From Fimbriimonadales bacterium (GTDB lineage: Bacteria > Armatimonadota > Fimbriimonadia > Fimbriimonadales > JABRVX01), in contig BTVI01000013.1 of NCBI GenBank assembly GCA_045862955.1, forward strand, positions 16,124-80,123: a stretch of 64,000 nucleotides of DNA. Direction: 5' to 3'. The position numbers were made by a program, and so were the translations under genes. This document shows positions 40,796 to 49,598 of the stretch, piece after piece (position 1 is the first letter of the stretch; every line of letters begins with the position of its first letter). The notes under the pieces are model-generated. The model saw only the letters and a program-made list of their open reading frames with translations. It made no database searches and was not told the origin of the DNA.

Positions 40796-40823
40796 ACTCA
40801 ACATAATACTTATTATCGGACGT
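40796..40823 (-). other. dif: dif-like XerC/XerD recombination site
   Basis: Minus strand ACGTCCGATAA-TAAGTA-TTATGTTGAGT, 11-6-11 layout; right arm 9/11 identical to the E. coli XerD arm TTATGTTAAAT; intergenic AT-rich patch. Confidence 0.75.
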
Positions 40824-40947
40824 AATGTCCCGGGCCGACTGACCCACCCGAGACGATGGGTACAATCTGAAGCGTGCCGGTGCTGTCCTCGCCCCGCCCG
40901 ACAGGACCGGCTCGAACGTTCCGAGAGCGAGCACGTATCCATAAGCC

Positions 40948-43659
40948 ATGAACGCCCGAGAGCTGCGAACCAAATATCTCGACTTCTTCGACACCAAGGA
41001 CCACCTGAGGATGCCCAGCGACAGCCTGGTGCCGGACGACCCATCGCTGCTGTTCACGAGCGCGGGCATGGTTCAGTTCAAGCCGTACTTCCTGGGTGTA
41101 GCTAAGCCTCCGCACCCCCGCCTAAGCAGCTCTCAGAAGTGCCTGCGCACAACGGACATCGAAGAGGTCGGCAACCCTAGCCATCTTACGTTTTTCGAAA
41201 TGCTAGGGAACTTCAGTATCGGAGATTACTTCAAACGCGAGGCCATCGCCTGGGCTTGGGAGTTCCTGACCGACCGGAAGTGGCTCGCGCTCGACCCCGA
41301 CCGGCTGTGTGTCAGCGTCTTCGAGACGGACGACGAGGCGTTCGAGCTATGGCGCGATATGGTGGGGTTGCCGGAGAACCGGATCAACCGCCTGGGCGAG
41401 GACAAGAACTACTGGCCAGCCAACGCGCTCAGCGAAGGCCCGAATGGCCCGTGTGGTCCCTGCACCGAGATCTTCTATCGTACGGTGCCCGCCGAGCAGC
41501 TGAGCGGCAACTTTCGCGAGGATGACAAAGCCGGGCGGTGGCTCGAGATTTGGAACCTGGTGCTGATGCAATTCCAGCGCTGCTCGGACCCCAACGACCT
41601 GATGAAGGACGTCGAGATGCTGCCCCTACCCCGGCCGAGCATCGACACCGGGATGGGATTGGAGCGCACGGCGCGAGTTCTCTCGGAGCTTCCGAGCGTC
41701 TACCATACCGACACCTTCGCACCCATCGTCGAGGCGATCGCGCGGCTAGCACGAACCGACCCGTACGCCGACGAGCGCGCAACTCGGGCCACGCGAGTGA
41801 TCGCTGATCACTTGCGCGCTGCCTCGTTCTGCATCGCCGACGGCGTGCTGCCGCAGAACTCCGGCCGCGGCTACGTATTGCGCCGGCTCATCCGCCGCGC
41901 GGTGCTGAAGGGGCAGATGGTGCTCGGGTTCCAGCAGCCGTTTCTGGCAGAGCTCTTCCCTGCCGTCGTTGACGCTTTGGGCGATCCCTATTCGGAACTG
42001 GTGGAGCGCTTCGATCACATCGCGAGGACCCTGGCCACGGAAGAGCAGAGCTTTCGGCGCACCCTGCGTGCCGGGACGGAGCGCTTCTACTCCATCGCAG
42101 GGGAACAGCGTCCCGCTGGTTGGGTTTTTCCTGGTGAGGCGGCGTTCGACTTGTACGACACCTTCGGCTTCCCGCTAGAGGTGACGCGCGAGCTGGTAGA
42201 GCAGATGGATGGCACCGTGGACATGGCTGGCTACGAGAAAGCGCTCGAGCAGCAACGGGCCCGCTCGAAGGCCGGCCACGGGCTCGCTGACGAACTGTTC
42301 TGCCACGACCAGATCGAGCTCTACACCTCGGGAGAGGCTAAGCCGTTCACTCGCTTCGTGGGCTACCACCAGCTGGAGGTTCCGGCTCGCATCGTTCAGG
42401 TCAGCCCGCTGCCGAATGAATGTGGCGATGCCGCCGAGCTGTTCGATGTCGCGTTAGACGTGACGCCTTTCTATGCGGAGGCGGGTGGCCAAGTCGGTGA
42501 CACAGGCACGATCTCCTGTGAGGCGTTCGAGCTACGGGTGCAGGACACCCAGCGAGCTCAGGAGATCACGTGGCATCGGTGCTCGGTGGTCCGGTCGGAC
42601 GAGCCGCTGGTTGGTGTGCCGGTGCAGCGGCAGCGGGAGCTGCTCGCTTCTGGCTATCTCTTCCGCGACGTGACGGCATCGGTGGACGCCCAGCGAAGAC
42701 GGCACATCGTCCGCAATCACACGGCTACGCACTTGCTCCACGCTGCGCTTCGAAAGGTGCTCGGCGAGCACGTGCATCAGGCCGGCTCGCTGGTCGCGCC
42801 CGAGTATCTGCGCTTCGACTTCACACACCACAAGGCGATGAGCGATGAGCAGATCGCCGAGGTGGAACGGATCGTGAACGAATGGGTGCTACAGGAGGCT
42901 GAGGTCGTCATCGAGTCGCAGGTGCCGGTCGCTGAAGCGAAGGCGCGGGGGGCGATGGCCTTGTTCGGTGAGAAATACGGTGATACGGTCCGCGTGGTGC
43001 AGGTTCCCGGGTTTAGTATCGAGTTGTGCGGCGGCTGCCACGTCTCCAACACCGCGAAGATAGGGCTTTTCAAGATCGTGCACGAAGGCAGCGTCGCAGG
43101 CGGTGTGCGGCGTATCGAGGCGTTGACAGGCGAGAACGCCTATCGCTGGGCCATCGAACGCGACCGCCTACTGCGCGATGCCGCTGCAAAGCTCAAGACC
43201 ACGCCCACCGAGCTAGGGGCGGCCATCGAGCGGTTACAGGCCGAGGTCCGGGACCTGAAGCGCCAGCTGGAGCGAGCAGTTCAGGGTGGCGCGGGACAGC
43301 AGCCTGCGATGGTGTGTGAAGTCAACGGGGTGCCTCTGGTGGTGCAGGCGCTGCAAGATGTGCCGCTGTCTTCCGCTTCGAGTATCGCCGACCGTTTGGC
43401 GGATCAGCACAAGGAGGCAGTGGTGCTGGTGGGCGCTGCCGCCGATGGCAAGGTAACCTTCGTGGCCAAAGTGCCGGAGGGGGCACGGCAACATGGTGCA
43501 CACGCCGGCAACCTGGTGCGAGAGATTGCTGCGGCGGCGGGTGGCTCCGGCGGCGGACGCCCCGACTTTGCCCAGGCGGGTGCGAAGGACCCGTCGCGCA
43601 TGAACGACGCCCTATCCACCGCGCCGGCCGTCCTCGCTTCGCAGATAAGCGGCCGTTAG
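40948..43659 (+). CDS. alaS: Alanine--tRNA ligase
   Basis: DPSLLFTSAGMVQFK, HLTFFEMLGNFS, IDTGMGLER, HTATH and ELCGGCH editing motifs, GGGRPDFAQAG. Confidence 0.97.
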   Translation: MNARELRTKYLDFFDTKDHLRMPSDSLVPDDPSLLFTSAGMVQFKPYFLGVAKPPHPRLSSSQKCLRTTDIEEVGNPSHLTFFEMLGNFSIGDYFKREAIAWAWEFLTDRKWLALDPDRLCVSVFETDDEAFELWRDMVGLPENRINRLGEDKNYWPANALSEGPNGPCGPCTEIFYRTVPAEQLSGNFREDDKAGRWLEIWNLVLMQFQRCSDPNDLMKDVEMLPLPRPSIDTGMGLERTARVLSELPSVYHTDTFAPIVEAIARLARTDPYADERATRATRVIADHLRAASFCIADGVLPQNSGRGYVLRRLIRRAVLKGQMVLGFQQPFLAELFPAVVDALGDPYSELVERFDHIARTLATEEQSFRRTLRAGTERFYSIAGEQRPAGWVFPGEAAFDLYDTFGFPLEVTRELVEQMDGTVDMAGYEKALEQQRARSKAGHGLADELFCHDQIELYTSGEAKPFTRFVGYHQLEVPARIVQVSPLPNECGDAAELFDVALDVTPFYAEAGGQVGDTGTISCEAFELRVQDTQRAQEITWHRCSVVRSDEPLVGVPVQRQRELLASGYLFRDVTASVDAQRRRHIVRNHTATHLLHAALRKVLGEHVHQAGSLVAPEYLRFDFTHHKAMSDEQIAEVERIVNEWVLQEAEVVIESQVPVAEAKARGAMALFGEKYGDTVRVVQVPGFSIELCGGCHVSNTAKIGLFKIVHEGSVAGGVRRIEALTGENAYRWAIERDRLLRDAAAKLKTTPTELGAAIERLQAEVRDLKRQLERAVQGGAGQQPAMVCEVNGVPLVVQALQDVPLSSASSIADRLADQHKEAVVLVGAAADGKVTFVAKVPEGARQHGAHAGNLVREIAAAAGGSGGGRPDFAQAGAKDPSRMNDALSTAPAVLASQISGR

Positions 43660-43781
43660 CCTAACCTCTCGCGCTCTGCCCCGGCCCGGGTCCGCCGCAT
43701 TCCTCCGACCCGCCGCACACCGCCACCCCAAGGACCGCGCCGGGGCAATCGTGCCCCCTCTGCCACCCGCTGCCTGCGGTG

Positions 43782-43841
43782 CGGCGGGCCGCCCGTATTG
43801 TCGCCGTCCCGGCGATTGACGCTCCGGCGGGACGCCGGAGC
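43782..43841 (-). repeat. Copy of ~60-bp intergenic repeat family C
   Basis: Minus strand GCTCCGGCGTCCCGCCGGAGCGTCAATCGCCGGGACGGCGACAATACGGGCG with palindromic left half. Confidence 0.65.
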
Positions 43842-43845
43842 CGAG

Positions 43846-44763
43846 CTACGGCGTGCGGATACGTGGCAGGAGGAGGGCCAGGCCGAGGCGCAGCAGGCTC
43901 TTCCCTCTCAGCGGATAGAGGCGCAAGGAGTGCAGATACCACCGCCTTGCCGTGCGCGCATCGCCGAAGAGGTGGCTCAGCGTCCCCAGCGCGGCTGCCG
44001 AGTGCGCCAATGCCCGCGCCATCGCCCGCCTATCGGCGGCCCGAGCGAGCAGCTCGGCCTCGCACGCATGAATCCGGGTATGCCTGATGTCCATCTCCTC
44101 GCGGTTCATCCGCTCGACCCGCACTTTGCTCGTCTGCGCCTCGTGCACCCTGTAGCGCACGAGGTCCTCGTCTACGAAGGTGAACTCCGTGCGCTTCGCC
44201 ATCCGAAGAAATAGGTCCCAGTCCCCCAGGCACTGCAGGTCCTCGCGAAACCGCCCGCAGTCGTGCCACAACTCCTTCTGAAACATGACTGTGCTCGGAA
44301 AGCACCAGTTATGATAGATGAGCGGGACCAGCGCGTCGCCGCTCGGTAACCGCATCAGCGTGTGCCCGAACACGTGATAGGTGCAGGCTCCTCCCGATGA
44401 ATCTACGAAGTGGCCGTTCGTGAAGCTGAAACCGCGCTCTCCCAGAGAGGCTGTCTGCGCCTCGAGCTTGCGCGGCTCCCACGCGTCGTCCGAGTTCAGG
44501 ATGGCAATCCAGTCTCCGGTGGCTTGCTCGATGGCGAGGTTCAAAGCGGCGTAGGTTCCAACGTTCTGGGTGAGCAGCATCGGGCGAATGCGGCCTTCGT
44601 ACCCTTTGGCTATGGCGGGCGACGCGTCGCTGCTCGCGTCGTCAATCAGCAGAGTCTCGCGCGGAGGTGCGGTCTGCGACAGCACGCTCTCGATGCACTC
44701 CCGAAGGAAGCGCTCGTGGTTGTAGCTCGTGATCACGACGCTGACGCTAGGTGGTCTGCTCAC
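43846..44763 (-). CDS. Glycosyltransferase family 2
   Basis: VSVVITSYN, IDDASSD, LNSDD, GDWDLFLR, YRVH. Confidence 0.92.
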   Translation of the reverse strand: MSRPPSVSVVITSYNHERFLRECIESVLSQTAPPRETLLIDDASSDASPAIAKGYEGRIRPMLLTQNVGTYAALNLAIEQATGDWIAILNSDDAWEPRKLEAQTASLGERGFSFTNGHFVDSSGGACTYHVFGHTLMRLPSGDALVPLIYHNWCFPSTVMFQKELWHDCGRFREDLQCLGDWDLFLRMAKRTEFTFVDEDLVRYRVHEAQTSKVRVERMNREEMDIRHTRIHACEAELLARAADRRAMARALAHSAAALGTLSHLFGDARTARRWYLHSLRLYPLRGKSLLRLGLALLLPRIRTP

Positions 44764-44863
44764 GCACTGCCTGGTTCTCGCTCGCTCAGGCAGGTCCTGT
44801 CAGCCCGGTCACACAGGTAACATTAGGGGCAATGCGGCGAGCTCGTCCTCGCGAAAGCCCATC

Positions 44864-45802
44864 ATGATTGCTCCCTACATCATCGGCATAGACATCGGCG
44901 GCACCAAGTGCGCGGTGAGCCTCGCTCGCCACAGCGAGATCGTGGGACGCTGGGAGTTTCCCACGGAGGAAGAGCCGCGTCCCGAGGCGGTACTGAGACG
45001 CCTTGCCCACCTGGCCGACGCCGCCACCGAACATATCGGGGTGTCGCGTCAGGATGTGATCGGTGTCGGCGTGTCGTGCGGAGGGCCGCTCGATCCCGAG
45101 ACCGGCACGATCCTATCTCCACCCAACCTGCCCGGTTGGGATGCCGTGCCCGCAAAGGACATCCTGGAACAAGCACTGCTTCTGCCCGTGAAGGTGGAGA
45201 ACGATGCGAACGCAACCGCGTTGGCCGAATGGCGCCTGGGGGCAGGCCGCGGTTGCCGCTCGATGGCGTTCCTCACCGTGGGCACGGGCATTGGAGCGGG
45301 TCTGATTCTGGACGGCAAGCTCTATCGCGGCAAGCGCGGCCTCGCGGGCGAGATAGGCCACGCCACGATCCTTCCCGAAGGACCGCCCTGCCTCTGCGGG
45401 AAGGTTGGGTGTCTCGAGGCTCTCGCGTCCGGCTCGGCACTCGGCCGCACCGCCACCGCCCTCTTCCACGGTCGAACGGAAGGGTCCGCGTCTTCGCGCG
45501 AGGTCACGGGACGAGAAGTGGTGGAGGCGTTCCACCGGGGGGACCCGCAGGCACGAGAAATCGTGCTCCGCTCCGCCGCGTATCTCGGCATCGGCATCGC
45601 TAACTTGCTGCACACGCTGGATCTCGAGCGGGTCATCCTCGGCACCGTCGCCATCCACGCGGGCGAGGAGTATCTGGAGGCCGTGCGCGGTTCGGTGGAA
45701 GCGCACTGCTGGCCCAGCATCTGGGAGGGAGTCCAGATCCTGCCTTGCGGCTTGGGCGACCGTGCGCAAGACTACGCCGGAATCAGCCTGTGGCTCGAGT
45801 AG
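44864..45802 (+). CDS. ROK-family sugar kinase
   Basis: GIDIGGTK, ENDANA, GTGIGAG, GEIGH, CLCGKVGCLE; no HTH. Confidence 0.92.
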   Translation: MIAPYIIGIDIGGTKCAVSLARHSEIVGRWEFPTEEEPRPEAVLRRLAHLADAATEHIGVSRQDVIGVGVSCGGPLDPETGTILSPPNLPGWDAVPAKDILEQALLLPVKVENDANATALAEWRLGAGRGCRSMAFLTVGTGIGAGLILDGKLYRGKRGLAGEIGHATILPEGPPCLCGKVGCLEALASGSALGRTATALFHGRTEGSASSREVTGREVVEAFHRGDPQAREIVLRSAAYLGIGIANLLHTLDLERVILGTVAIHAGEEYLEAVRGSVEAHCWPSIWEGVQILPCGLGDRAQDYAGISLWLE

Positions 45803-45829
45803 AGAGTACACTCACAGCGAGGTGAAGCC

Positions 45830-47062
45830 ATGTGGTCGGTGTGCGTGCTTCTCGTGGCAGTCAGCCATGCTGTAGCCCATCCCAATCAAGACCAGCCCCA
45901 GGAACCGCGGAAGCCTGGATGGTTACTCAACCAAGTGTTCCCTAACCCCACGGGTGACAACGGCATCGAGGACCTTCTCATCGCCGCGGAGATGCTGGAC
46001 GGGAACCGAGCCTTCCGCGAGTACGAGGAGCTGTGGATCGACGGACAGGCCACACTGCAGCACAAGCGCTCCACGGTCACTTCTTGCAAAGCGGTGCTTG
46101 CTCGCATTCGCACCGGGTTGGCGCGCGAGAGCTTCCGTTTCCGCGAGAGTGTGACCTTCGACACGCCGTTGCCTGGGTACGGGCACCTTCGGCGTCTCGC
46201 GAAGCTGCTGAGCGCCGAGCAGGAGGTGCACTTCGCCGACGGCCGCGAAATGCAGGCGATTGACAGCTTTCGTGACGGCTATCGCTTGGGACAGCTGCTG
46301 GACCAGCAGATGCTGATTTCAGGCCTGGTCGGGGTGGTCTGCAGCGGCTTGTCGCTAGCCCCTCTCGCGCGGCGGCTCGACCAGCTGGACTACAGGGAGT
46401 GCCAGTACCTCCGTAAGGTATGCGAGCAGTTGCTCGAGCACCCGAGCGGGGTGCCGAGCATGCTGATGGGAGAGCTGCGGTGTTCCCTGGAGTTCCTGCA
46501 GCGCTCGGGCGAAAGAGACTGGGTGAGCTATCTGATCGAATTCGGCTATGGAGATTTGGAGGAAGGCTGGACCGAAGATTCTGCCGCGCTGAGGGCGGCT
46601 GTGGAAGAACATCCCGAGTTGCTGGAGCAAGCGGCCAGACAAGCGCAAGAGATCGTACGCCGGTACTACAGCGAGCTGCTTGCCGAGCTTCAGAAGCCCG
46701 CGTGGGAGCGCACGTACCCGGACCCGCTGAAGGAGGACGACGGTTCTTGGCCATGGTTGCTCGCACGGGCCTTGATGCCGCCGTGGTCCACAATAGCCGA
46801 TCGGTTCACTGCCGACCGGGCCCGACTGCAGCTACTGGCCGTGCACGCTGCAGTTCTCGAGTACCGCTGGTGGTATGGAGTGACGCCGGCGGACCTCTCG
46901 AAGTTGAACCTAGGGGAGACTGCCACCGATCCCTTCACCGGCAAGCCGCTGATCTACAAGCGGCTGGGCGACTACCGCTTCAAGCTCTACTCCGCCGGAC
47001 CGAACAAGGAAGACGACGACGGCGATCGCGACTCCGACGTGGTGCTCGTGCGGGACATGTGA
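45830..47062 (+). CDS. Secreted helical protein with C-terminal pseudopilin-G-like motif
   Basis: Signal peptide; DPFTGKPLIY...LYSAGPNKEDDDG; GAGGTGA SD. Confidence 0.7.
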   Translation: MWSVCVLLVAVSHAVAHPNQDQPQEPRKPGWLLNQVFPNPTGDNGIEDLLIAAEMLDGNRAFREYEELWIDGQATLQHKRSTVTSCKAVLARIRTGLARESFRFRESVTFDTPLPGYGHLRRLAKLLSAEQEVHFADGREMQAIDSFRDGYRLGQLLDQQMLISGLVGVVCSGLSLAPLARRLDQLDYRECQYLRKVCEQLLEHPSGVPSMLMGELRCSLEFLQRSGERDWVSYLIEFGYGDLEEGWTEDSAALRAAVEEHPELLEQAARQAQEIVRRYYSELLAELQKPAWERTYPDPLKEDDGSWPWLLARALMPPWSTIADRFTADRARLQLLAVHAAVLEYRWWYGVTPADLSKLNLGETATDPFTGKPLIYKRLGDYRFKLYSAGPNKEDDDGDRDSDVVLVRDM

Positions 47063-47075
47063 CACTTCGCGCCCG

Positions 47076-47191
47076 TTTGGGAGTGCGCGAGCCTGCTCGC
47101 GCTATCGAGACTGCGGCGACTCCCATAGGCTCGGACGGCCGCTGCTGCTAGGTAGGCTATCACAGCGCGAGCCTGCTCGCGCACTCCCAAA
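47076..47191. repeat. REPIN-like element, family B
   Basis: 28-bp inverted arms TTTGGGAGTGCGCGAGCCTGCTCGCGCT / AGCGCGAGCCTGCTCGCGCACTCCCAAA, each internally palindromic, 60-nt spacer. Confidence 0.8.
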
Positions 47192-47201
47192 GGCGCAGTA
47201 G

Positions 47202-47516
47202 CTACTCTGCCAGGTCGCCCTTCTCGTACGCCGCAACTTGGCGGGCGATGTCGGGGATGTTCTGAAGACCCTTCGATGGGTCGGTTAGGTGTGCGCCCTC
47301 CAGCACCTGCTTCACGTTCTCTGCGCTCACCCGAGCACCGGCGTCCTTCAGTGCAGAGCGTGCGAGTTCGATGACCTCACCCTCGCTCTTCTCGATTTTC
47401 GTCGCCTGGATGAAATTTCGTGCAGCATCCAATTCGGCCTGCGCGTACTTCGACCCGCCGCATCCCACGAGCAGCGCAACAACCGCGACGAACAGGCTAA
47501 TGTGCACCCAGCGCAT
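47202..47516 (-). CDS. Small lipoprotein
   Basis: Signal peptide with lipobox LVGC. Confidence 0.75.
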   Translation of the reverse strand: MRWVHISLFVAVVALLVGCGGSKYAQAELDAARNFIQATKIEKSEGEVIELARSALKDAGARVSAENVKQVLEGAHLTDPSKGLQNIPDIARQVAAYEKGDLAE

Positions 47517-47575
47517 GGGCGGAGTATACCGGTGTATGCACAGGAGATCGGGCTCGTGCGCCTAACCTGAGGGAG

Positions 47576-48553
47576 ATGCCGTATCCGATGTTCGACGTCA
47601 GCCGCCTGCACATCGAGCCGTTCGCCAACCGCGAGAACCTGCACCGGCTGGACGAGATGCCGCGACTCGACGAGCCCTTCGAGCCGATGCCGAACCCCGA
47701 CATCTGCGCCATCGCACGCGACATTCTGCGCGCTCGCGACCGGGGAGCGACGGTGCTGCTCTCGATGGGTGCACACGTGGTGAAGTCGGGCCTGTGCCGG
47801 TTCGTAATCGATTTGATGCGCCAGGGCTACGTGACACACGTGGCCACCAACGGCGCGGGCCCCATTCACGACTTCGAGCTGTCCCGTTTCGGCGCCACCT
47901 CGGAGAGCGTGCCATTCTACATTAAGCAAGGGCGGTTCGGCATGTGGCGCGAGACGGCCGAACTGAACCATGCCGCGGTGGAAGGGGCCCGCGACGGCAT
48001 CGGTCTTGGCGAGGCCATCGGCAGGATGATCGAGCGAGAGCAGTACCCCAATCGGGACGACAGTATCTTCGCGATGGGGTACCGGCTGGGGGTGCCTGTC
48101 ACCGTACACGTGGGCATCGGCTACGACATCTTGCACGAGCATCCCAACTTCGACGCGGCAGCGACGGGACTCACCTCGTATCGCGACTTCCTAATCTATG
48201 CGCATAGCATCGAGAACCTGGAAGGCGGAGTGTTCCTGAACTTCGGCTCTGCGGTGATGGGACCGGAAGTGTACTTGAAAGCGCTCTCGATGGCCCGCAA
48301 CGTGGCGCGGCAGGAAGGCCGGACCATCACCAACTTCACTACTGCGGTGTTCGACCTGCTGCCCATCACCGGTGACTATCACGAAGAGCCACCCAAGACC
48401 GATGCGCGGTATTACTACCGCCCCTGGAAGACGATATTGGTGCGCACGGTTGCGGACGGAGGGCGAAGCTATTACGTGCAGGGCGACCACCGGGACACGA
48501 TCCGCACACTCTGGCTCAGGCTGAGGGAACATGACCCGCGAACGCCTGGCTAA
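47576..48553 (+). CDS. Conserved protein with deoxyhypusine-synthase-like fold, function unknown
   Basis: MGAHVVKSGL, ATNGAG.IHDFE, SESV, G.FGMW.ET, TVHVGIGYD, GSAVMGPEVYLKAL. Confidence 0.7.
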   Translation: MPYPMFDVSRLHIEPFANRENLHRLDEMPRLDEPFEPMPNPDICAIARDILRARDRGATVLLSMGAHVVKSGLCRFVIDLMRQGYVTHVATNGAGPIHDFELSRFGATSESVPFYIKQGRFGMWRETAELNHAAVEGARDGIGLGEAIGRMIEREQYPNRDDSIFAMGYRLGVPVTVHVGIGYDILHEHPNFDAAATGLTSYRDFLIYAHSIENLEGGVFLNFGSAVMGPEVYLKALSMARNVARQEGRTITNFTTAVFDLLPITGDYHEEPPKTDARYYYRPWKTILVRTVADGGRSYYVQGDHRDTIRTLWLRLREHDPRTPG

Positions 48554-49529
48554 CCTGCTACAGAGCTTCCCTTCCCTCTGCATCGCGGTCCTGGGCGATT
48601 TCTTTCTGGACAAGTATCTCGACGTAGACCCGTCTGTGTCGGAGCGCTCGTTGGAGACAGGGCTCGAGGCGCGGCAGGTCGTTGAAGTGCGTAAGTTCCC
48701 GGGGGCTGCTGGCACGGTAGCATCCAACTTGAAGGCGCTCGGAGTGGGCGGGGTGCACGCGATGGGCTTCGTCGGCTGCGACGGCGAGGGGTTCGACCTG
48801 CTCAGAGCGCTGCGAAACCGCGGAATCGAGACTGGCTCGGTGATCATGTCGCAGGGGATGCGCACACCCACCTACATGAAGCCGATGGTAGCGGGCCGCG
48901 AGATGGAGCGGCTGGACATCCAGAACCGCAAGCCGCCTTCGCGCAAGCTGCAGAGCAAGGTCGTGAGCGCGCTCGCTAAAGCGGCCCCGCGGCTAGACGG
49001 CGTGATGGTTTCGGATCAGTGCACCCATGCGTTCGGGCTGGTGAGCGAGTGGATGAGGGAACGGCTGGCGGAGCTAGTGCGGGACTTTCCTGCCCTGACG
49101 GTGCTGGTGGATAGCAGGGCGAGGATTGGGGAGTTTCGGGGAATGTGTGTCAAGCCGAACGCGTCGGAGGCTGCCAGCGCTCTCGGGCACGAGGTGACCG
49201 CGGGTAACGCAGTGGATGCGGCGCGTGCACTGCGTGAACGAGGAGCGAGGCGGGTGTTCGTCACTCTGGGGGCGAGGGGGATCGCTTTCTGCGGCGAGGA
49301 TGGAGAGGGCATTGTGCCCGCTCCCCCTGCCCCCCAAGAGATTGACATCGTCGGCGCGGGGGATGCTGCAGCGGCGGGCATGCTGTGTGCGCTATGCGCA
49401 GGGGCGAGCACGCAGGAGGCAGCCGAATTGGCTAACCTGTGTGCGGGGGTGACGATCCGCAAGATCGGTGTCACCGGGACCGCCTCGCCGAGAGAGGTGG
49501 TGGAGTTGGCTGCCCTCTCGGTGCCTTAG
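48531..49529 (+). CDS. PfkB-family kinase, RfaE/HldE kinase-domain-like
   Basis: VLGDFFLDKY, PGAAGTVASNL, KPNASEA, VTLG, DIVGAGD. Confidence 0.88.
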   Translation: MTRERLANLLQSFPSLCIAVLGDFFLDKYLDVDPSVSERSLETGLEARQVVEVRKFPGAAGTVASNLKALGVGGVHAMGFVGCDGEGFDLLRALRNRGIETGSVIMSQGMRTPTYMKPMVAGREMERLDIQNRKPPSRKLQSKVVSALAKAAPRLDGVMVSDQCTHAFGLVSEWMRERLAELVRDFPALTVLVDSRARIGEFRGMCVKPNASEAASALGHEVTAGNAVDAARALRERGARRVFVTLGARGIAFCGEDGEGIVPAPPAPQEIDIVGAGDAAAAGMLCALCAGASTQEAAELANLCAGVTIRKIGVTGTASPREVVELAALSVP

Positions 49530-49560
49530 CGAGCCAAACGCAAAGGTTCCAGACAATGGG

Positions 49561-49589
49561 TTGACAAACGTCTACTAAAATCGTATAAT
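49561..49589 (+). promoter_or_regulatory. Perfect-consensus sigma70 promoter
   Basis: TTGACA-17 nt-TATAAT. Confidence 0.85.
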
Positions 49590-49598
49590 CAACCCATC

